DNA of 64,000 bases, from assembly GCA_963845755.1 (NCBI GenBank), contig CAWJTV010000029.1:396273-460272 (forward strand), read 5' to 3'. The notes beneath the pieces are model-generated. The model saw only the letters and a program-made list of their open reading frames with translations. It was not told where the DNA came from and did no database searches. Both the position numbers and the translations under genes were made by a program. Source of the stretch: an uncultured Planctomycetota bacterium. GTDB taxonomy: Bacteria > Planctomycetota > Planctomycetia > Isosphaerales > Isosphaeraceae. Positions 20,977-32,185 of the stretch are shown in pieces (position 1 is the first letter of the stretch; every line of letters starts with the position of its first letter).

Positions 20977-21953
20977 TACTTCGTGCGCCACCAGTTCATC
21001 GGGTCGCATCCTGCTACCGAAGCCGATTCCGCGATCGCGCGACGGAACCGCTGCGCATCCACCGGGTATCCCGCGGTGGGCCGCAGTCCCGGGACACGGG
21101 ACTGCCAGTAGGCATTGAAGCCGTCCATCCAGAGCTCACGGACCGTCTTGCTGACGATCGACGCCAGGGCCACCAGCCCATGGTGGCCATCGGCCTTGGG
21201 GATCAGGTTCAACTCCAGCCGTCTGGCGGTGTCACGGATCGTGTACTGGCTCAGTGCGGCACCCTCGGCCCCGCGATCGATCCAGGCGTCGGCGAAGACC
21301 CCCAGGAGCGGCTCCAAATAGTAGTGCCGGCCCCCGTGCTTGTCCCCGGTCACCGCGGTCGGAACCCCGTCGGCCGCACGTTCCCAGAGCGGGCGCAACA
21401 ACCGGGCGAACGCCGAGAAATGGACCGCGGCCTTGGAGTCCATCGCCGCCAGATCGCCATTGAACCGCCTCGGCCCGACGACGATCGTATGAATCGCGGC
21501 CAGCCGCCAGTTTCCCGCGACGGGTTCCAGAGAGCGTCTGGCCAGGAGCCCTTCAACCCGGTCGCGGTCCCAGCACCAGGGCCACGACCCCGCCGACTCT
21601 CCGCCATCGAACCAGGGAGACAGCTCGGCTTCATCCGTTGCGCCAGCTCCGATGGCTTCGAGGAGCTGGCGGAGCGAGTCAGGGCGGCCCAGTCCGGCGG
21701 CGTGAATCGCGGCCAGGCACGCGGCCTCGAGTCGGTCGCGACCCTTGCCGCCGCGGAGAATCGCCTTCGAGTCGTCCACCCACAGCCGGGCGGGATCCCC
21801 CCCGGCCCGATCGACAGTCGCAGCGAGGTCCTGCCAGAGGTCGAACGGACTGGACCGATCCGTGGCTTCAGACGTTTCCGCCACGACGGCCGTCATCACC
21901 AACGGACCCAGGTTCGGACCATAGCCCGCTTCGTCGATTCCGACCCATCGCAA
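20976..21953 (-). CDS. RNase HII-like protein
   Basis: GIDEAGYGPNLGPLV, DDSK, DKHGG, KADG..VALASIVSK, GYP motifs. Confidence 0.75.
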   Translation of the reverse strand: MRWVGIDEAGYGPNLGPLVMTAVVAETSEATDRSSPFDLWQDLAATVDRAGGDPARLWVDDSKAILRGGKGRDRLEAACLAAIHAAGLGRPDSLRQLLEAIGAGATDEAELSPWFDGGESAGSWPWCWDRDRVEGLLARRSLEPVAGNWRLAAIHTIVVGPRRFNGDLAAMDSKAAVHFSAFARLLRPLWERAADGVPTAVTGDKHGGRHYYLEPLLGVFADAWIDRGAEGAALSQYTIRDTARRLELNLIPKADGHHGLVALASIVSKTVRELWMDGFNAYWQSRVPGLRPTAGYPVDAQRFRRAIAESASVAGCDPMNWWRTK

Positions 21954-22010
21954 TCGTGCATCACCTCTCTGGGGTTGACGCGAACCTGGTCGGCTCGCTA
22001 CCGGAAGCTG

Positions 22011-23129
22011 TCAATTACCAAGGTGGCATTTCTTGTATTTCTTGCCACTCCCACACCAGCACGGGTCGTTGCGGCCAAGTTTCGGGCCGGTGTTTCGGAT
22101 CGACTCCAGCACGGCTGAAGGCGGCGCGGGTTTGGGCGTCTTTTGGGCTTGTACGGGGGGACGGATTGGGATCATCGGTGGCGTTGGAGGCCGGTTCAGG
22201 TAAGCGATGTACTCCTGATACCGCTCTCGGTAGTCGTTAAGCCAATCTCGAACCGGTCGTGGTGGCTCGCCACCGAGGCGGTATTGCTCGTCGACGAATT
22301 TCTCATTGATGATGAACGTCTCAACCAGGTCTTCCGCGAATGCGGTCTTGATCAAGTCCCTGGCCGCAGGATCGGCCAGGTCGGCCAGGTCGCTGACCAG
22401 GAAAGCGATTTCCTCATAAAAGTCGAGTTCTCGCCCTTCCTCGCCCTCGGTGGTTTCGCCTACGGAAGCCGGGGCACTCGAAACCTCCGGCACGAATTCG
22501 GATTCGTCGGCGCTGGTGTCTTCGGAGTCCGTCTCGTCACTCGATTCCGCAACATCTCGCCGCATCTTCCACTGCCTGATCTCCTCCCGGCCACGTGCGA
22601 TCGCGGCTGCGAGATGCAATCGGAGGACTTCGGCCAGTTGTGATTTCAGGGCTGGGTCGTCGCCCGCCGCGACTCGTGCGGCGTTGAAGGCGTGAATGCG
22701 CTTGTAGCCTCGGATCGCCGGATCGCGGACGACTTCCAGGAGCGGTTCAAAACCGATAGCGCCGTACTTCCCGACCGCTCTCGCGGCTTCCTCTCCCGAA
22801 TCGTCGTGATACCGTCTGACAATCTCGACCAGGTCGGAAATCGCCCGAGGAGGACGGAGTACGCTCAGCAGACCGATCGCGTGGTATAACGGTGCCTCTG
22901 CGGGCCAGCCGCGGGGAGAGGTCCGTAGGATCGCGATAAGCGGCTCGACGGCTGCGTCACCGGCCTGAACGATCTGTTCCAGCAGTTCAGGATCAGCCCA
23001 CGCACCGACCGCGACCATCTGGTCGACGAGGGCTGCGGGATTGAGGGGCGCCGACTCCGAAATCGCTTCAGGATGAAGTTCGGCCGAGCGGGGCGCCGAA
23101 ATGTCTTTCTCCGCGTTCTCGGGATCCAT
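22011..23129 (-). CDS. Helical-repeat protein with C-terminal SEC-C motif
   Basis: KLGRNDPCWCGSGKKYKKCH at the C-terminus; HEAT-like segments. Confidence 0.85.
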   Translation of the reverse strand: MDPENAEKDISAPRSAELHPEAISESAPLNPAALVDQMVAVGAWADPELLEQIVQAGDAAVEPLIAILRTSPRGWPAEAPLYHAIGLLSVLRPPRAISDLVEIVRRYHDDSGEEAARAVGKYGAIGFEPLLEVVRDPAIRGYKRIHAFNAARVAAGDDPALKSQLAEVLRLHLAAAIARGREEIRQWKMRRDVAESSDETDSEDTSADESEFVPEVSSAPASVGETTEGEEGRELDFYEEIAFLVSDLADLADPAARDLIKTAFAEDLVETFIINEKFVDEQYRLGGEPPRPVRDWLNDYRERYQEYIAYLNRPPTPPMIPIRPPVQAQKTPKPAPPSAVLESIRNTGPKLGRNDPCWCGSGKKYKKCHLGN

Positions 23130-23249
23130 ACTGACCTCTCTGCGGGGATCGCGATGATGGCAGCAGTCGATCTTACGATCGCTACGGCCTTCATCATACC
23201 CCGTTGAGGAAACCGGACAGTCATCCCCATTTGGTCGATCGAGCTGTTT

Positions 23250-25079
23250 TCAATAAACACCGTGGAGCGGACCGCCGGGAGCGGCCAGGGCGTCAACTCG
23301 GCGCTCGATCTCCGGATCATCGACCAGCGGCGGTGCGTGGTGCGGCTTGATCCGGGCGTCGATGATGAGTGGCCCGGTGCAGCCCCAGTGCTTCTGGTCC
23401 ACGAACGCACCGATCCCCTCGAGATCCGCCGCCGGGTTGGAGCGGGTGAAGGTGACCCAGAGGAAGTTCCGCTCGCTCCGTGCCGTGAATTCGCTATCGT
23501 CCGCGATCACGATCAACGGGAAATCGCGGATCGGGCCGTCGGGACCGAAGGATCGGCAGAACGTGAGGATCTCTCCGCTATCGCGACGGTACGCCGGTCC
23601 TCGAATGGCCACGATGCCGGGGAGTACCAGGCGAGGATCGCCGAATCCGCCAGGAAGTCGCAGGCCGGACGGCAACTCGGCCGGCAGCGACCGGCGTACG
23701 GGCCCGGCGGCGGCGATCACGACCTTGGAGCCCTGATTCAGTCCGTGGCCCGAGTAGTCGAGCGTGTCGATGGTCGTCCGGGTCTGGAAGTGGAGGTCGG
23801 TCGTCCAATCGACTCGTCGGAGCAGGTGCGCGAGGAAAGCGGAGATGTCGTGGATATCGAGGTCCGGATCGTCCTCATGGGCGACGATCAGTAGGTATTT
23901 CGCCAGCGACAGTTGCCCCTGACCCAGGATGGCGTTGGCGGTGGTCAGGATCTCCTGCGGCTGGCGCACCGGGCTGTCGGGGACATATCGCTCGCTGGCG
24001 ATCGCCAGCAGCAACGGATGGACGCCCGCGGCGTTAACGGCGTGGACGGCCCGGACGCCCGGGATCACGCTGGGGATCACGGGCCCGGTCAATTCGTGGA
24101 TCAGCGTACCGAACGAGGTGTCTTCCTGCGGCGGTCGCCCGACCGACGTGAACGGCCAGATGGCACCGTCGCGGTGGTAGACGCGATCGACCCGCACGAC
24201 CGGGAAATCGTGCTGGAGGCTGTAGTAACCCAGGTGGTCCCCGAACGGTCCCTCGGGCTTCCGATGCAGGGGGTCGATCGTGCCACAGATGACAAAGTCA
24301 GCGTCGGCCGGCATGGGGAGCCCGTCGTCGGGCGTGACCAGGGCGACCGGCCGGCCACCCAGCGCCCCGGCGAACGCCAGCTCGGGCAGACCTTCGGGTA
24401 GGGGCATGACTGCGGCGACCGTCATGGCGGGCGGGCCGCCGACGAAGACGTTGACGCGCAGCGGCTCTCCTCGCCGGATGGCCGCGGCATGGTGCACCCC
24501 GATACCCCGGTGGATCTGATAATGCAGGCCGACTTCCCGATCCGGCTCATACGCGTTTCCGGCAAGCTGAACCCGGTACATCCCCAGGTTGGACCGCGCG
24601 GGGCCAGGCCGGTCGGGGTCTTCCGTATAGACCTGGGGTAACGTGATGAACGGTCCGCCGTCCCTCGGCCAGCATTGGATCGGCGGCAGCCGCCCGATCG
24701 ACGTCCGGTGGTCCAGGATCGGGCCGCTCCTCACCCGACGGGGCCGCAGCCGCCACAACGTGCGCGGCAGGCCGCGGTAACGCCAGGGGTTCTTGGCGAG
24801 GGCATTCGGTTCCACCTTCAACTCGACCAGTCGGCGGACCGATTCGAGCGTGTCGCGAAACAGGTATTTCGACCGGTCCAGCGTGCCAAATAGGTTGCCA
24901 AGGATCGGGAAAGCCGTCCCCTTGGCCCGGCGGAACAACAAGGCCGGCCCGCCCGCCTGATAAACCCTCCGCTGGATGGCGGCCACTTCCAGGTAGGGAT
25001 CCACCTCCTGGTCGATGGCGACAAGCTGACCGGTCGATTCCAGGTCGCGCACACAGTCCGACAGCGATCGATAGCCCAT
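23250..25079 (-). CDS. UbiD family (prenyl-FMN) decarboxylase
   Basis: DGGPFITLPQVY, NLGMYRVQ, EGPFGDHLGYYS, VGRPPQED, DTLDYSG. Confidence 0.93.
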   Translation of the reverse strand: MGYRSLSDCVRDLESTGQLVAIDQEVDPYLEVAAIQRRVYQAGGPALLFRRAKGTAFPILGNLFGTLDRSKYLFRDTLESVRRLVELKVEPNALAKNPWRYRGLPRTLWRLRPRRVRSGPILDHRTSIGRLPPIQCWPRDGGPFITLPQVYTEDPDRPGPARSNLGMYRVQLAGNAYEPDREVGLHYQIHRGIGVHHAAAIRRGEPLRVNVFVGGPPAMTVAAVMPLPEGLPELAFAGALGGRPVALVTPDDGLPMPADADFVICGTIDPLHRKPEGPFGDHLGYYSLQHDFPVVRVDRVYHRDGAIWPFTSVGRPPQEDTSFGTLIHELTGPVIPSVIPGVRAVHAVNAAGVHPLLLAIASERYVPDSPVRQPQEILTTANAILGQGQLSLAKYLLIVAHEDDPDLDIHDISAFLAHLLRRVDWTTDLHFQTRTTIDTLDYSGHGLNQGSKVVIAAAGPVRRSLPAELPSGLRLPGGFGDPRLVLPGIVAIRGPAYRRDSGEILTFCRSFGPDGPIRDFPLIVIADDSEFTARSERNFLWVTFTRSNPAADLEGIGAFVDQKHWGCTGPLIIDARIKPHHAPPLVDDPEIERRVDALAAPGGPLHGVY

Positions 25080-25174
25080 CGGGACGAATCCTCGAGTCGT
25101 AAGGCGAGGCCCTCGAAAAATGAAGCAATCCCCGTACAGGAATTACCAGGTGATCTCACACAGGTCATCCTCGT

Positions 25175-26596
25175 CTACTCCCTTTTTTGTGCAATAATCC
25201 CTGGGAACGCGTGCGCCGTCGCAGGAATCTCATCGATCGTTCTGGTGCGGCAATAAACGTCGAAAGTCGTGCGATCGGTCGCTTTCCGCTCGGTCGATTC
25301 GCCCGCTCCCGCCACGCGGAACCGCGGGCTGAGATAATACCGGGCCGCTTCCAGTTGCTCGCGAGGAAAGCGAGGATCGCTCGGATGGACAACGACAGCG
25401 ATCGGATCGTTGGGTGTTTGCCTCTGCTCTTGATTTAACCAGGTCGAAAGTGCTCGCCAGTCGGCCTTGGGACTCGGGCTGTAGACGTGAAGCAGCGTCA
25501 AGGAAAATGCCAGTCCGACCGCCGCGAACGGCCAGCGAAGCCAGGCGGGAAGCCGGGCGAGGCCGTGCGCCAGCAGGATCAGGTAGGCTGGTGCGCTGAA
25601 AAGGTGATACCGCGACGGACCGAAGATCGGACGGCCAAGTTGGGAATAGACATACATCAAGACGGGCGGCCCCGCGGCCCAGGCGATCAGGATGAGGTTC
25701 TCGACCGGGTTCCGGATGACGAGCCGGCGCCGGCCCTCGACCAATTCGCGAGATAGCCAGCCCTGGCCGATGATCGCCAGGCAGGCGAGGAGCACCAGGC
25801 TGTTCCCGCCGATATATTCGATCGGCACTCCCAGGAGGAATCGAAGCGAATAGCGCGGCATGGGGTAATCGGTACTGTGGTCGAGGTAGCGTCCGAGCCA
25901 GGGGAGAATGGCCAGGGCCGCGGCAAGCTGGATCAAGAGCCAGAACCGGAAGGTCAGCACGAGGTGGCGATGGACCAGCAGATAAGCCAGGCCGTGCGCC
26001 GCGATCATGAAGAGCCCCAGCGGATGGCTGTAGGCCAGCGAGGCCAGGAGGATTCCGTACGCCACGCATCGGGCCGGTCCGGCGGCATGGCGGAACGAGA
26101 GGAGGACCAGCCAAGAGACCGCGGTCAGGAGGACCAGCCAGGCGTACATCCGGGCTTCCTGCGAGTAATAGACCAGAGGCGGGCAGACCGAGGCCAGCCA
26201 GGCGGCCCAGAGCCCCGCCCGTTCGTCGAATGCCCGTCGGCCGAAGAGGTAGGTGACGAACACAGTGGCCAGGCCGCAGAGGGCACTGAAGGAGCGCCCG
26301 GCGAAGTCGGATGCGCCAACAAGGCTGAGCCAACCCTGGAGGACGAGCGGGTGGAGCGGTGCGCGGGTCCCGTCGATCTGATCGAGGAGATGCACCATCG
26401 CCACGGGATTGCCGGCCCGCGCGACGCGCATCGTGACGATCTCATCGTACCAGAGACTGGTATGGTCGAGGTTCCAGAACCGAAGGCCCGCGGTGACCAG
26501 CAGAATGACGGCCATCGGCAACACCTGGCCAATTCGCGAGAGCGTCCACGGCCGTGTGGTTCCCGGATTGTCCGATGTCCGATCCGAATCACTCAT
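25175..26596 (-). CDS. GT39/PMT-family membrane glycosyltransferase
   Basis: LRFWNLDHTSLWYDE, YYSQEARMY; many TM segments. Confidence 0.85.
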   Translation of the reverse strand: MSDSDRTSDNPGTTRPWTLSRIGQVLPMAVILLVTAGLRFWNLDHTSLWYDEIVTMRVARAGNPVAMVHLLDQIDGTRAPLHPLVLQGWLSLVGASDFAGRSFSALCGLATVFVTYLFGRRAFDERAGLWAAWLASVCPPLVYYSQEARMYAWLVLLTAVSWLVLLSFRHAAGPARCVAYGILLASLAYSHPLGLFMIAAHGLAYLLVHRHLVLTFRFWLLIQLAAALAILPWLGRYLDHSTDYPMPRYSLRFLLGVPIEYIGGNSLVLLACLAIIGQGWLSRELVEGRRRLVIRNPVENLILIAWAAGPPVLMYVYSQLGRPIFGPSRYHLFSAPAYLILLAHGLARLPAWLRWPFAAVGLAFSLTLLHVYSPSPKADWRALSTWLNQEQRQTPNDPIAVVVHPSDPRFPREQLEAARYYLSPRFRVAGAGESTERKATDRTTFDVYCRTRTIDEIPATAHAFPGIIAQKRE

Positions 26597-26644
26597 GGTG
26601 AAACTCCTCCGCTCTTGAGTCATAATCGCTCCGTTGCGCCGAGA

Positions 26645-26815
26645 CCAGGCCACGCTGGGAGGATCCGAGCGTCGTGCGAATGTCCGGAAAGCTCTCGATC
26701 CAAGATTCTGGATTCGCCTTTCGAGATTTCCTGTGGTGCCGAATCGGGAGTCTTGAGTCCGGAATCTCGAATCTCGAATCTTGAATTCCTCTTACCTTGC
26801 GGCCGAACGCCGCGT
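26645..26815 (-). repeat. Diverged copy of the hairpin-ended heptamer element
   Basis: Minus strand ACGCGGCGTTCGGCCGCAAGG...GATTCGAGATTCGAGATTCCGG...TCGAGAGCTTTCC...CGCACGACGCTCGGATCCT. Confidence 0.6.
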
Positions 26816-26828
26816 CAGGAAGCAAGTC

Positions 26829-27600
26829 ATGAATCGGTTGAGCGGGAAGGTTGCCGTGATCACGGGCGCGGGTGCGGGGATCGGTCGCGCGACGGCCGAG
26901 TTGTTCGCCGAGGAGGGCGCCGCCGTCGTGATCGCCGAGCGCGACCAGGCGACCGGACAGGACGCCGCCGCGCGGATCAAGCACTCGGGCGGCAAGGCGC
27001 TCTTTGTTCGCACCGACGTGGCCGATGAGTCGAGCGTGGCGAAGATGGCGGCCGAGGCCGTCGCCGCCTTCGGCGCGATCCACACCCTGGTCAACAACGC
27101 GGCGATCTTCATCTTGCGCGGGATCGAGGCCACTCCGGAGGAATGGCGGCAGATGCTGGACGTCAACGTGATGGGGCCGGCGCTGGTCGCCAAACACGTC
27201 GTACCGGCGATCAAGAAGGCCGGCGGCGGTGCGATCGTCAACCTGGCCTCGATCTCCTCGTTCATCGCCCAGCCGAATTATGTTACGTACAACACGACCA
27301 AGACGGCCATCCTCGGCATGAACCGCTGCATGGCCATGGACCTGGCGCCCGACAACATCCGGGTCAACGCGGTCTGCCCAGGCGTCGTCTGGACCCAGAT
27401 CGTCGAGCGCCAGGCCATTGCCATGGGACTCGACCGCGCGGCCGCCGACATCCATCCGCAATGGGCCGGCGCCCAATTGATCCAGGCGCTGCGCTGAGCC
27501 GCGTGAGATCGCTTACGCCATCCTGTTCCTGGCTTCTGATGAAGCCTCGTTCATCACCGGGACCCACCTCATGGTCGATGCGGGATACACGGCCCGATGA
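26829..27600 (+). CDS. Short-chain dehydrogenase/reductase (frameshift near 27490)
   Basis: [40 protein letters not shown]. Confidence 0.92.
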
Positions 27601-27640
27601 TTGTGGAGTCGCGCCGTTCGTCACCGACCGGCCCAAGGAT

Positions 27641-29870
27641 TCAGGTGCAAAGCGTGTCGATGACCTTCAACCAGGAGGGATCATTGACCGTGGGTTGATG
27701 GTCGAGGACCCACACATCATCGCGCCACTGGAACCCGTGATCGGGGTACAGGGTTCGGCAAGGCCCGTTGAGGGGAGTCTCCCGGTAGAGACCCATGAGG
27801 GCGCCGCCTCGCGCGGGCTCTCTCCGCCGGTCGCCCAGACCAATCGTCCGATCGCATTCAGCATCGCCGTCTCGAAGCCGTATCCGAACACGCGGCAACT
27901 GAGCACGAACGTCGGGATTTGTACGTTTGTTGACGTCAGATCGACGTATGCGACGCAGATAAGCCCCATCTGCCCGAACTTGTCGGCGCCGTCGATGACC
28001 AGGATGCGCCGACCGGGTGTCGCGATCCAATCGTGCGCCTCGCGGAAGCTCGTTCGCGTGCCATTGAGGTTGAATTGATTCGTCCGGTTGATCAGCTCGA
28101 CGACCCGCTCGAGGTCCGATCGGCCGGCGAATCGGACGTTGGCCCGGAGCCCCAGCCCTGCCATCAGGGCCGCCGGATCGTGCTCCGCCGCCTCACCGCC
28201 CAGGAACTTCTCCCGCTCCTCGCGCTCCCGATAAAACTGCGTGCGATCCGCCTCATCGCCGGGACGGATCAACTGCGACCAGAGGTCCAGAAGTTTCCAG
28301 GATCGCTCCGAGATCGCGTCCATGACGTGGATATCCGGAAAGACCTCCGACACGAGCGCGCGCTGATCGGCTCGGTCGTCGATGAAGACGAAGTCCTTGG
28401 TCTTCAGGTTGAGTTTCTGCTGGATCCGCTTCATGTTGTTGGGCTTGGCGTCCCAGTTGATCTCCGCGGCGACAAAGTCGCTCTCGTCGAGCACCGCATC
28501 GCGCCAGTGGACGTTCTTCGGATCGTTCCGGGAATTGATTGCCAGGAGCACTCCCTGCGACCGGAGGCGCTTCAGAATCGCCTGGCGATCGCGATGATGC
28601 CGGACCGCCCCCTCACCGATCTCTCCTTCCCAGAGCGTATTGTCCAGGTCGCAGACGACGAGCTTCTTGGTCGCGAGGGTCGCCAGCATTTCCAGAAGGT
28701 CGCGATACCGTTCGGCGACCATTCGGGACAGGACCGTGGGGTGCTGCACGTGGGAGTCGTAAAGCCGGCGGCCCAGGACCCACTCCGAGGCCTGGCTCAA
28801 TAAGTTGTGCTCGTCAAAGAGATGCACGTGCGGAAAGGTCGCGGCGTTGACCTCGTCGATGTACGCCTCAATCCGGCGATTCGCGGCCTTCCGGACCCGT
28901 TCGCGCGTTCGCCGGCTCAGGACCATCTTCATCGCGTTGACCGGCTGAGAATTATGCCGACGGACATTCGCCGAGTTATGGACAAAGATCGGGCAATCGA
29001 ACTCGGTCGCGAGTACGTCCAAGTGGCCTCGGATGACCGCCAGGGAAGGCTCCACCATCTCGCTAATGGCCTTCGGATAGGCGATGCCGTACGGAGCCTT
29101 GAGCGATCGGCTGTAGTGCTCGCTGGCCGTATAGGTGAAGGGGCTGTAGAAGACCGCGGCCCACTTGTTGCGCGCGTGCTTCCGCATCAAACTGCGCATC
29201 TCGACCGGATTCATCGACATGCCGTAAGTCGGATTCAGCTCGATCCCAGCCTTGAGCATGGGCGCCGCCAGGAATGACGCCACCTCCAGGAAGAAGCAAT
29301 CGCCGATCAGCAGCAGATCCATCTTGCGGGTCGACGGCGCACTCAGGAAGTCGTGGATCGAATCCAACTCCGAGGCGAGCATCTCCTGGGCAGCCGGATC
29401 GAGCACCCGGCGGCAATAGCTCTTGAAAGCCTCGGTGACCAGGCCGGTGAAATGGACCCGCACCGCGGCCAGTTCCGAGAGGCTCTCTAGCGGGACGTGG
29501 GCCGTCTTGACCACCTCACCGATGAAGAGATATCGGTAGACCTCATCCGACGTGGAGCAGAGGAGATCCAGACAATCGACGAAGATCCCGAAATTGCGAA
29601 CGGCGAACTCCTCCTCCGTCAGGTTCGACTCCCGGAACCATCGCGCGTACTTCTCGTTGCCCTTGGTCAAATCCAGGATGGAAAGGCAGAGAGGGATTCG
29701 GTGCGTACGGAGCCCCCGTGATAGTGTCAGCGAGGGATTCGCATCCGGCTTCCGGCCGACAAGCCGCCGCACGATCGTCGGTTTTGGTAGGAGTTCGGGG
29801 ACCGTCAAGCGTGCAGCCTTCTCCAGGCGTGAGTCGGAGGTTTGACCCGAAAGTTTGAGGACCAAAGCAT
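27641..29870 (-). CDS. FkbH-like HAD-IIIC protein (start uncertain; frameshift near 27800)
   Basis: KLVVCDLDNTLWEG, SRND, INWDAK, FVFIDD, ELINRTNQFN, DKFG, FVLSCRV. Confidence 0.88.
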
Positions 29871-29934
29871 TACCCCCATCTGTCGATAGTGTCTTCCGCC
29901 GTTCGATCTCTGCGCCGTGCGTGCGTCGGCCGAA

Positions 29935-30188
29935 TTCCCAACTCGAGATTCGAGATTCCGGAATCGTCCTCATCCGGAATCTCGAATCCGGAATCTCGAA
30001 TCGGCAAGCCCAATTAGGTTGTGGCCGAAGGCCGCGTTAGAGTCGTCCTCCGTAGGATCCCTGCGCCGTGCGCGCCTCTGGGGATTCCGAATTCCGGATT
30101 TGAGATTCCCGATTCCCGGATCATTCCCCTTCGGGAATCCGGGATCGCGAATCGGGAATCCCGATCGGGTTGCGGCCGAAGGCCGCGT
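29935..30188 (-). repeat. One complete plus one partial head-to-tail copy of the hairpin-ended heptamer element
   Basis: Minus strand TAACGCGGCCTTCGGCCGCAACC...GGATCCTACGGAGGACGACTC|TAACGCGGCCTTCGGCC... Confidence 0.85.
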
Positions 30189-30570
30189 TAAGAGAACCCG
30201 TGCCGAAATCACCAACGTCCATAGTGGAAGCGGAAAGCTAATCTCATTATACATATATAAATTTGACTGAAGCTTGAATCGGTACAGATCGCCTTGATTT
30301 TAAGCATTCTGGCAAGAGAAAGTAACGATGATCGTTCCGGGACTGCTATCTTAGGCGTTAATACGCTCCATTCAAGCTTAAATTACCGCGACTGACGGGT
30401 AAGGACCCGGCACCATTCATGTGTAGCATACTCAAGACGTTCTCTGGGGTCAGCGCATGAGCCAGACGCGTTGTTTTTTCTAAACGCCGGGACTGGCTTG
30501 TCCGTTACTGGCTCCCCGCGATGGTTGACGCCGACCCGACGGTCGCCTGGCTGCTGAGGCGAACGGCTTA

Positions 30571-31305
30571 TCACCGTGCGGCACGATGATTCAGGTGGAA
30601 ATCGACGACCAGCGGCAAGTGGTCGGAGGCATCGCGTGCCAGCCGCGACCGGACGATCCGGGCGTGCCTGACTTCCACCGGGCCACGGACGAAGGCTTTG
30701 TCGAGCGAGGCGACCGGCAGATAGGCCGGGAATGAACGGAACCGGGAGCGCGGCGTGGTCACCTGCGCGAAGCCATGGCGCAAGAACGGCCCCTTTCCCA
30801 GCGTATTGAGCCAGTCGTTGAAGTCGCCGACGATCAAGGTCGGCAAGTGGGCCGATTCGCCGAACATCGCATGCTCGAGCAGATGCCGGACTTGCCAGTG
30901 CCGTTCGCGCTCGGCCAGGCCGAGGTGCCAGTGCACCAGGTGGATGGGGCCCTCCGGAGTTTCCACAACCGCCATCTGCGCGCCGCGAGGCTTCCGTCTC
31001 TTGAGGCGGAGCGAGACATGGTGGTGGCGGTGGATCGGCCAGCGCGACAGGACCAGGTTCCCGTAGCCGCCCGACTTGTGCCGCACGTTGAGCTGGAAGA
31101 GATGGGCCGCCGCGTGGAACGCCTCGGTGAGCTTCCGGGGCTGGTCGTCGTGCCGCGTTCGCCGCACGTGGCGGTCCACCTCCTGGAGGCAGATGAGGTC
31201 CGGGTTCTCCTCCTCGATGACCCGGATCACCCGCTCGAGGCGATAGCGGCGATCCCGGCCGCCGATTCCTTTGTGGATGTTATAACTCAACAGTCGCATG
31301 ATCAC
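30571..31305 (-). CDS. Endonuclease/exonuclease/phosphatase family protein
   Basis: SYNIHKG, LQEVD, GNLVLS, GDFND, LDKAF, SDHLPL. Confidence 0.92.
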   Translation of the reverse strand: MIMRLLSYNIHKGIGGRDRRYRLERVIRVIEEENPDLICLQEVDRHVRRTRHDDQPRKLTEAFHAAAHLFQLNVRHKSGGYGNLVLSRWPIHRHHHVSLRLKRRKPRGAQMAVVETPEGPIHLVHWHLGLAERERHWQVRHLLEHAMFGESAHLPTLIVGDFNDWLNTLGKGPFLRHGFAQVTTPRSRFRSFPAYLPVASLDKAFVRGPVEVRHARIVRSRLARDASDHLPLVVDFHLNHRAAR

Positions 31306-32042
31306 CTATCTTTGGACCCTTCGGACTCGTCGCTGGTGGACGTTCTTGGTGTTTCGGACACGGGCCGACCTTCCTCGATTACGACTGACGGCTCGGACTC
31401 GGACCAGGCCACGTGATCATCGAGCTCCGCGGCGGCTCCGTCGAGTGCGGCGTGCTTGGCCTTACCCACGTCATCGCGCTCGATCGGCCGATCGAGCGAG
31501 GGCAGGGAATAGAGGTCGATCACGACTCGCCCCGCACGCACGCGGCGAATCCCCCAGACGATCAACGCGTGGTGGATCGCCCGGTAGAGGAACCAGTAGC
31601 CGATCACGTTGGGGCCTGGCAGGATCGCGAACAGCACGGTGAATGGCGCGATCACCCCATTGAGGCTCATCCAGAGAAGACTGCGCCACCATCGATGGTT
31701 CAGGTAATTGGCCCAGAGGGCGCGGACCTCGGCGGCGGTGCGCGAGGCGGGATGATGCAGGTCGATGCGGCGCGCCGACCGCAACCGCACGAGCATCGAT
31801 TCGTCGGGATGGGACCAGGAATGCAGCCAGTCCCAGGCCCGGCGCGTCCCTCGGGTGATGCGAGAATCCGAATGGTCCCAGGCCGACTTGATCTTGTGGT
31901 AGCGGTCCTGGAGCCGGCCCCAGAGCCCACCGGCCGGTGGAACTGCTGGCTCGGAAGAGTCCTCTTCTTCGCGCGCCGACTCCGACGCGTCCGCGTAGAA
32001 GAAGAACCGGCGGTTGTCGATCGACAGCAGGTAGACCTTCAC
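31302..32042 (-). CDS. Membrane protein, possibly Mit_KHE1-like
   Basis: IAPFTVLFAILPGPNVIGYWFLYRAIHH segment; 4-bp overlap with the downstream gene. Confidence 0.6.
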   Translation of the reverse strand: MKVYLLSIDNRRFFFYADASESAREEEDSSEPAVPPAGGLWGRLQDRYHKIKSAWDHSDSRITRGTRRAWDWLHSWSHPDESMLVRLRSARRIDLHHPASRTAAEVRALWANYLNHRWWRSLLWMSLNGVIAPFTVLFAILPGPNVIGYWFLYRAIHHALIVWGIRRVRAGRVVIDLYSLPSLDRPIERDDVGKAKHAALDGAAAELDDHVAWSESEPSVVIEEGRPVSETPRTSTSDESEGSKDR

Positions 32043-32185
32043 AACGCGATCCTATCTCCGCCGATATCGAACCGACCGGCACACGATATCCCCATCTGCT
32101 CCGGCGTAGCGCCGTGCAATGCATCCCAAGGTATCGTGCCATTCTAACACGCTACTTGGAAACCAATCGAGATACCATCCTCGCC

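Noticed and set aside
29935..30188. Integron attC sites (units begin near ...CTAAC)
   Set aside because: No matching GTTRRRY end, no cassette ORFs between units and no integrase.
30190..30570. Riboswitch or ncRNA in the AT-rich intergenic region
   Set aside because: No recognisable consensus or convincing structure by eye; an Rfam scan would be needed.
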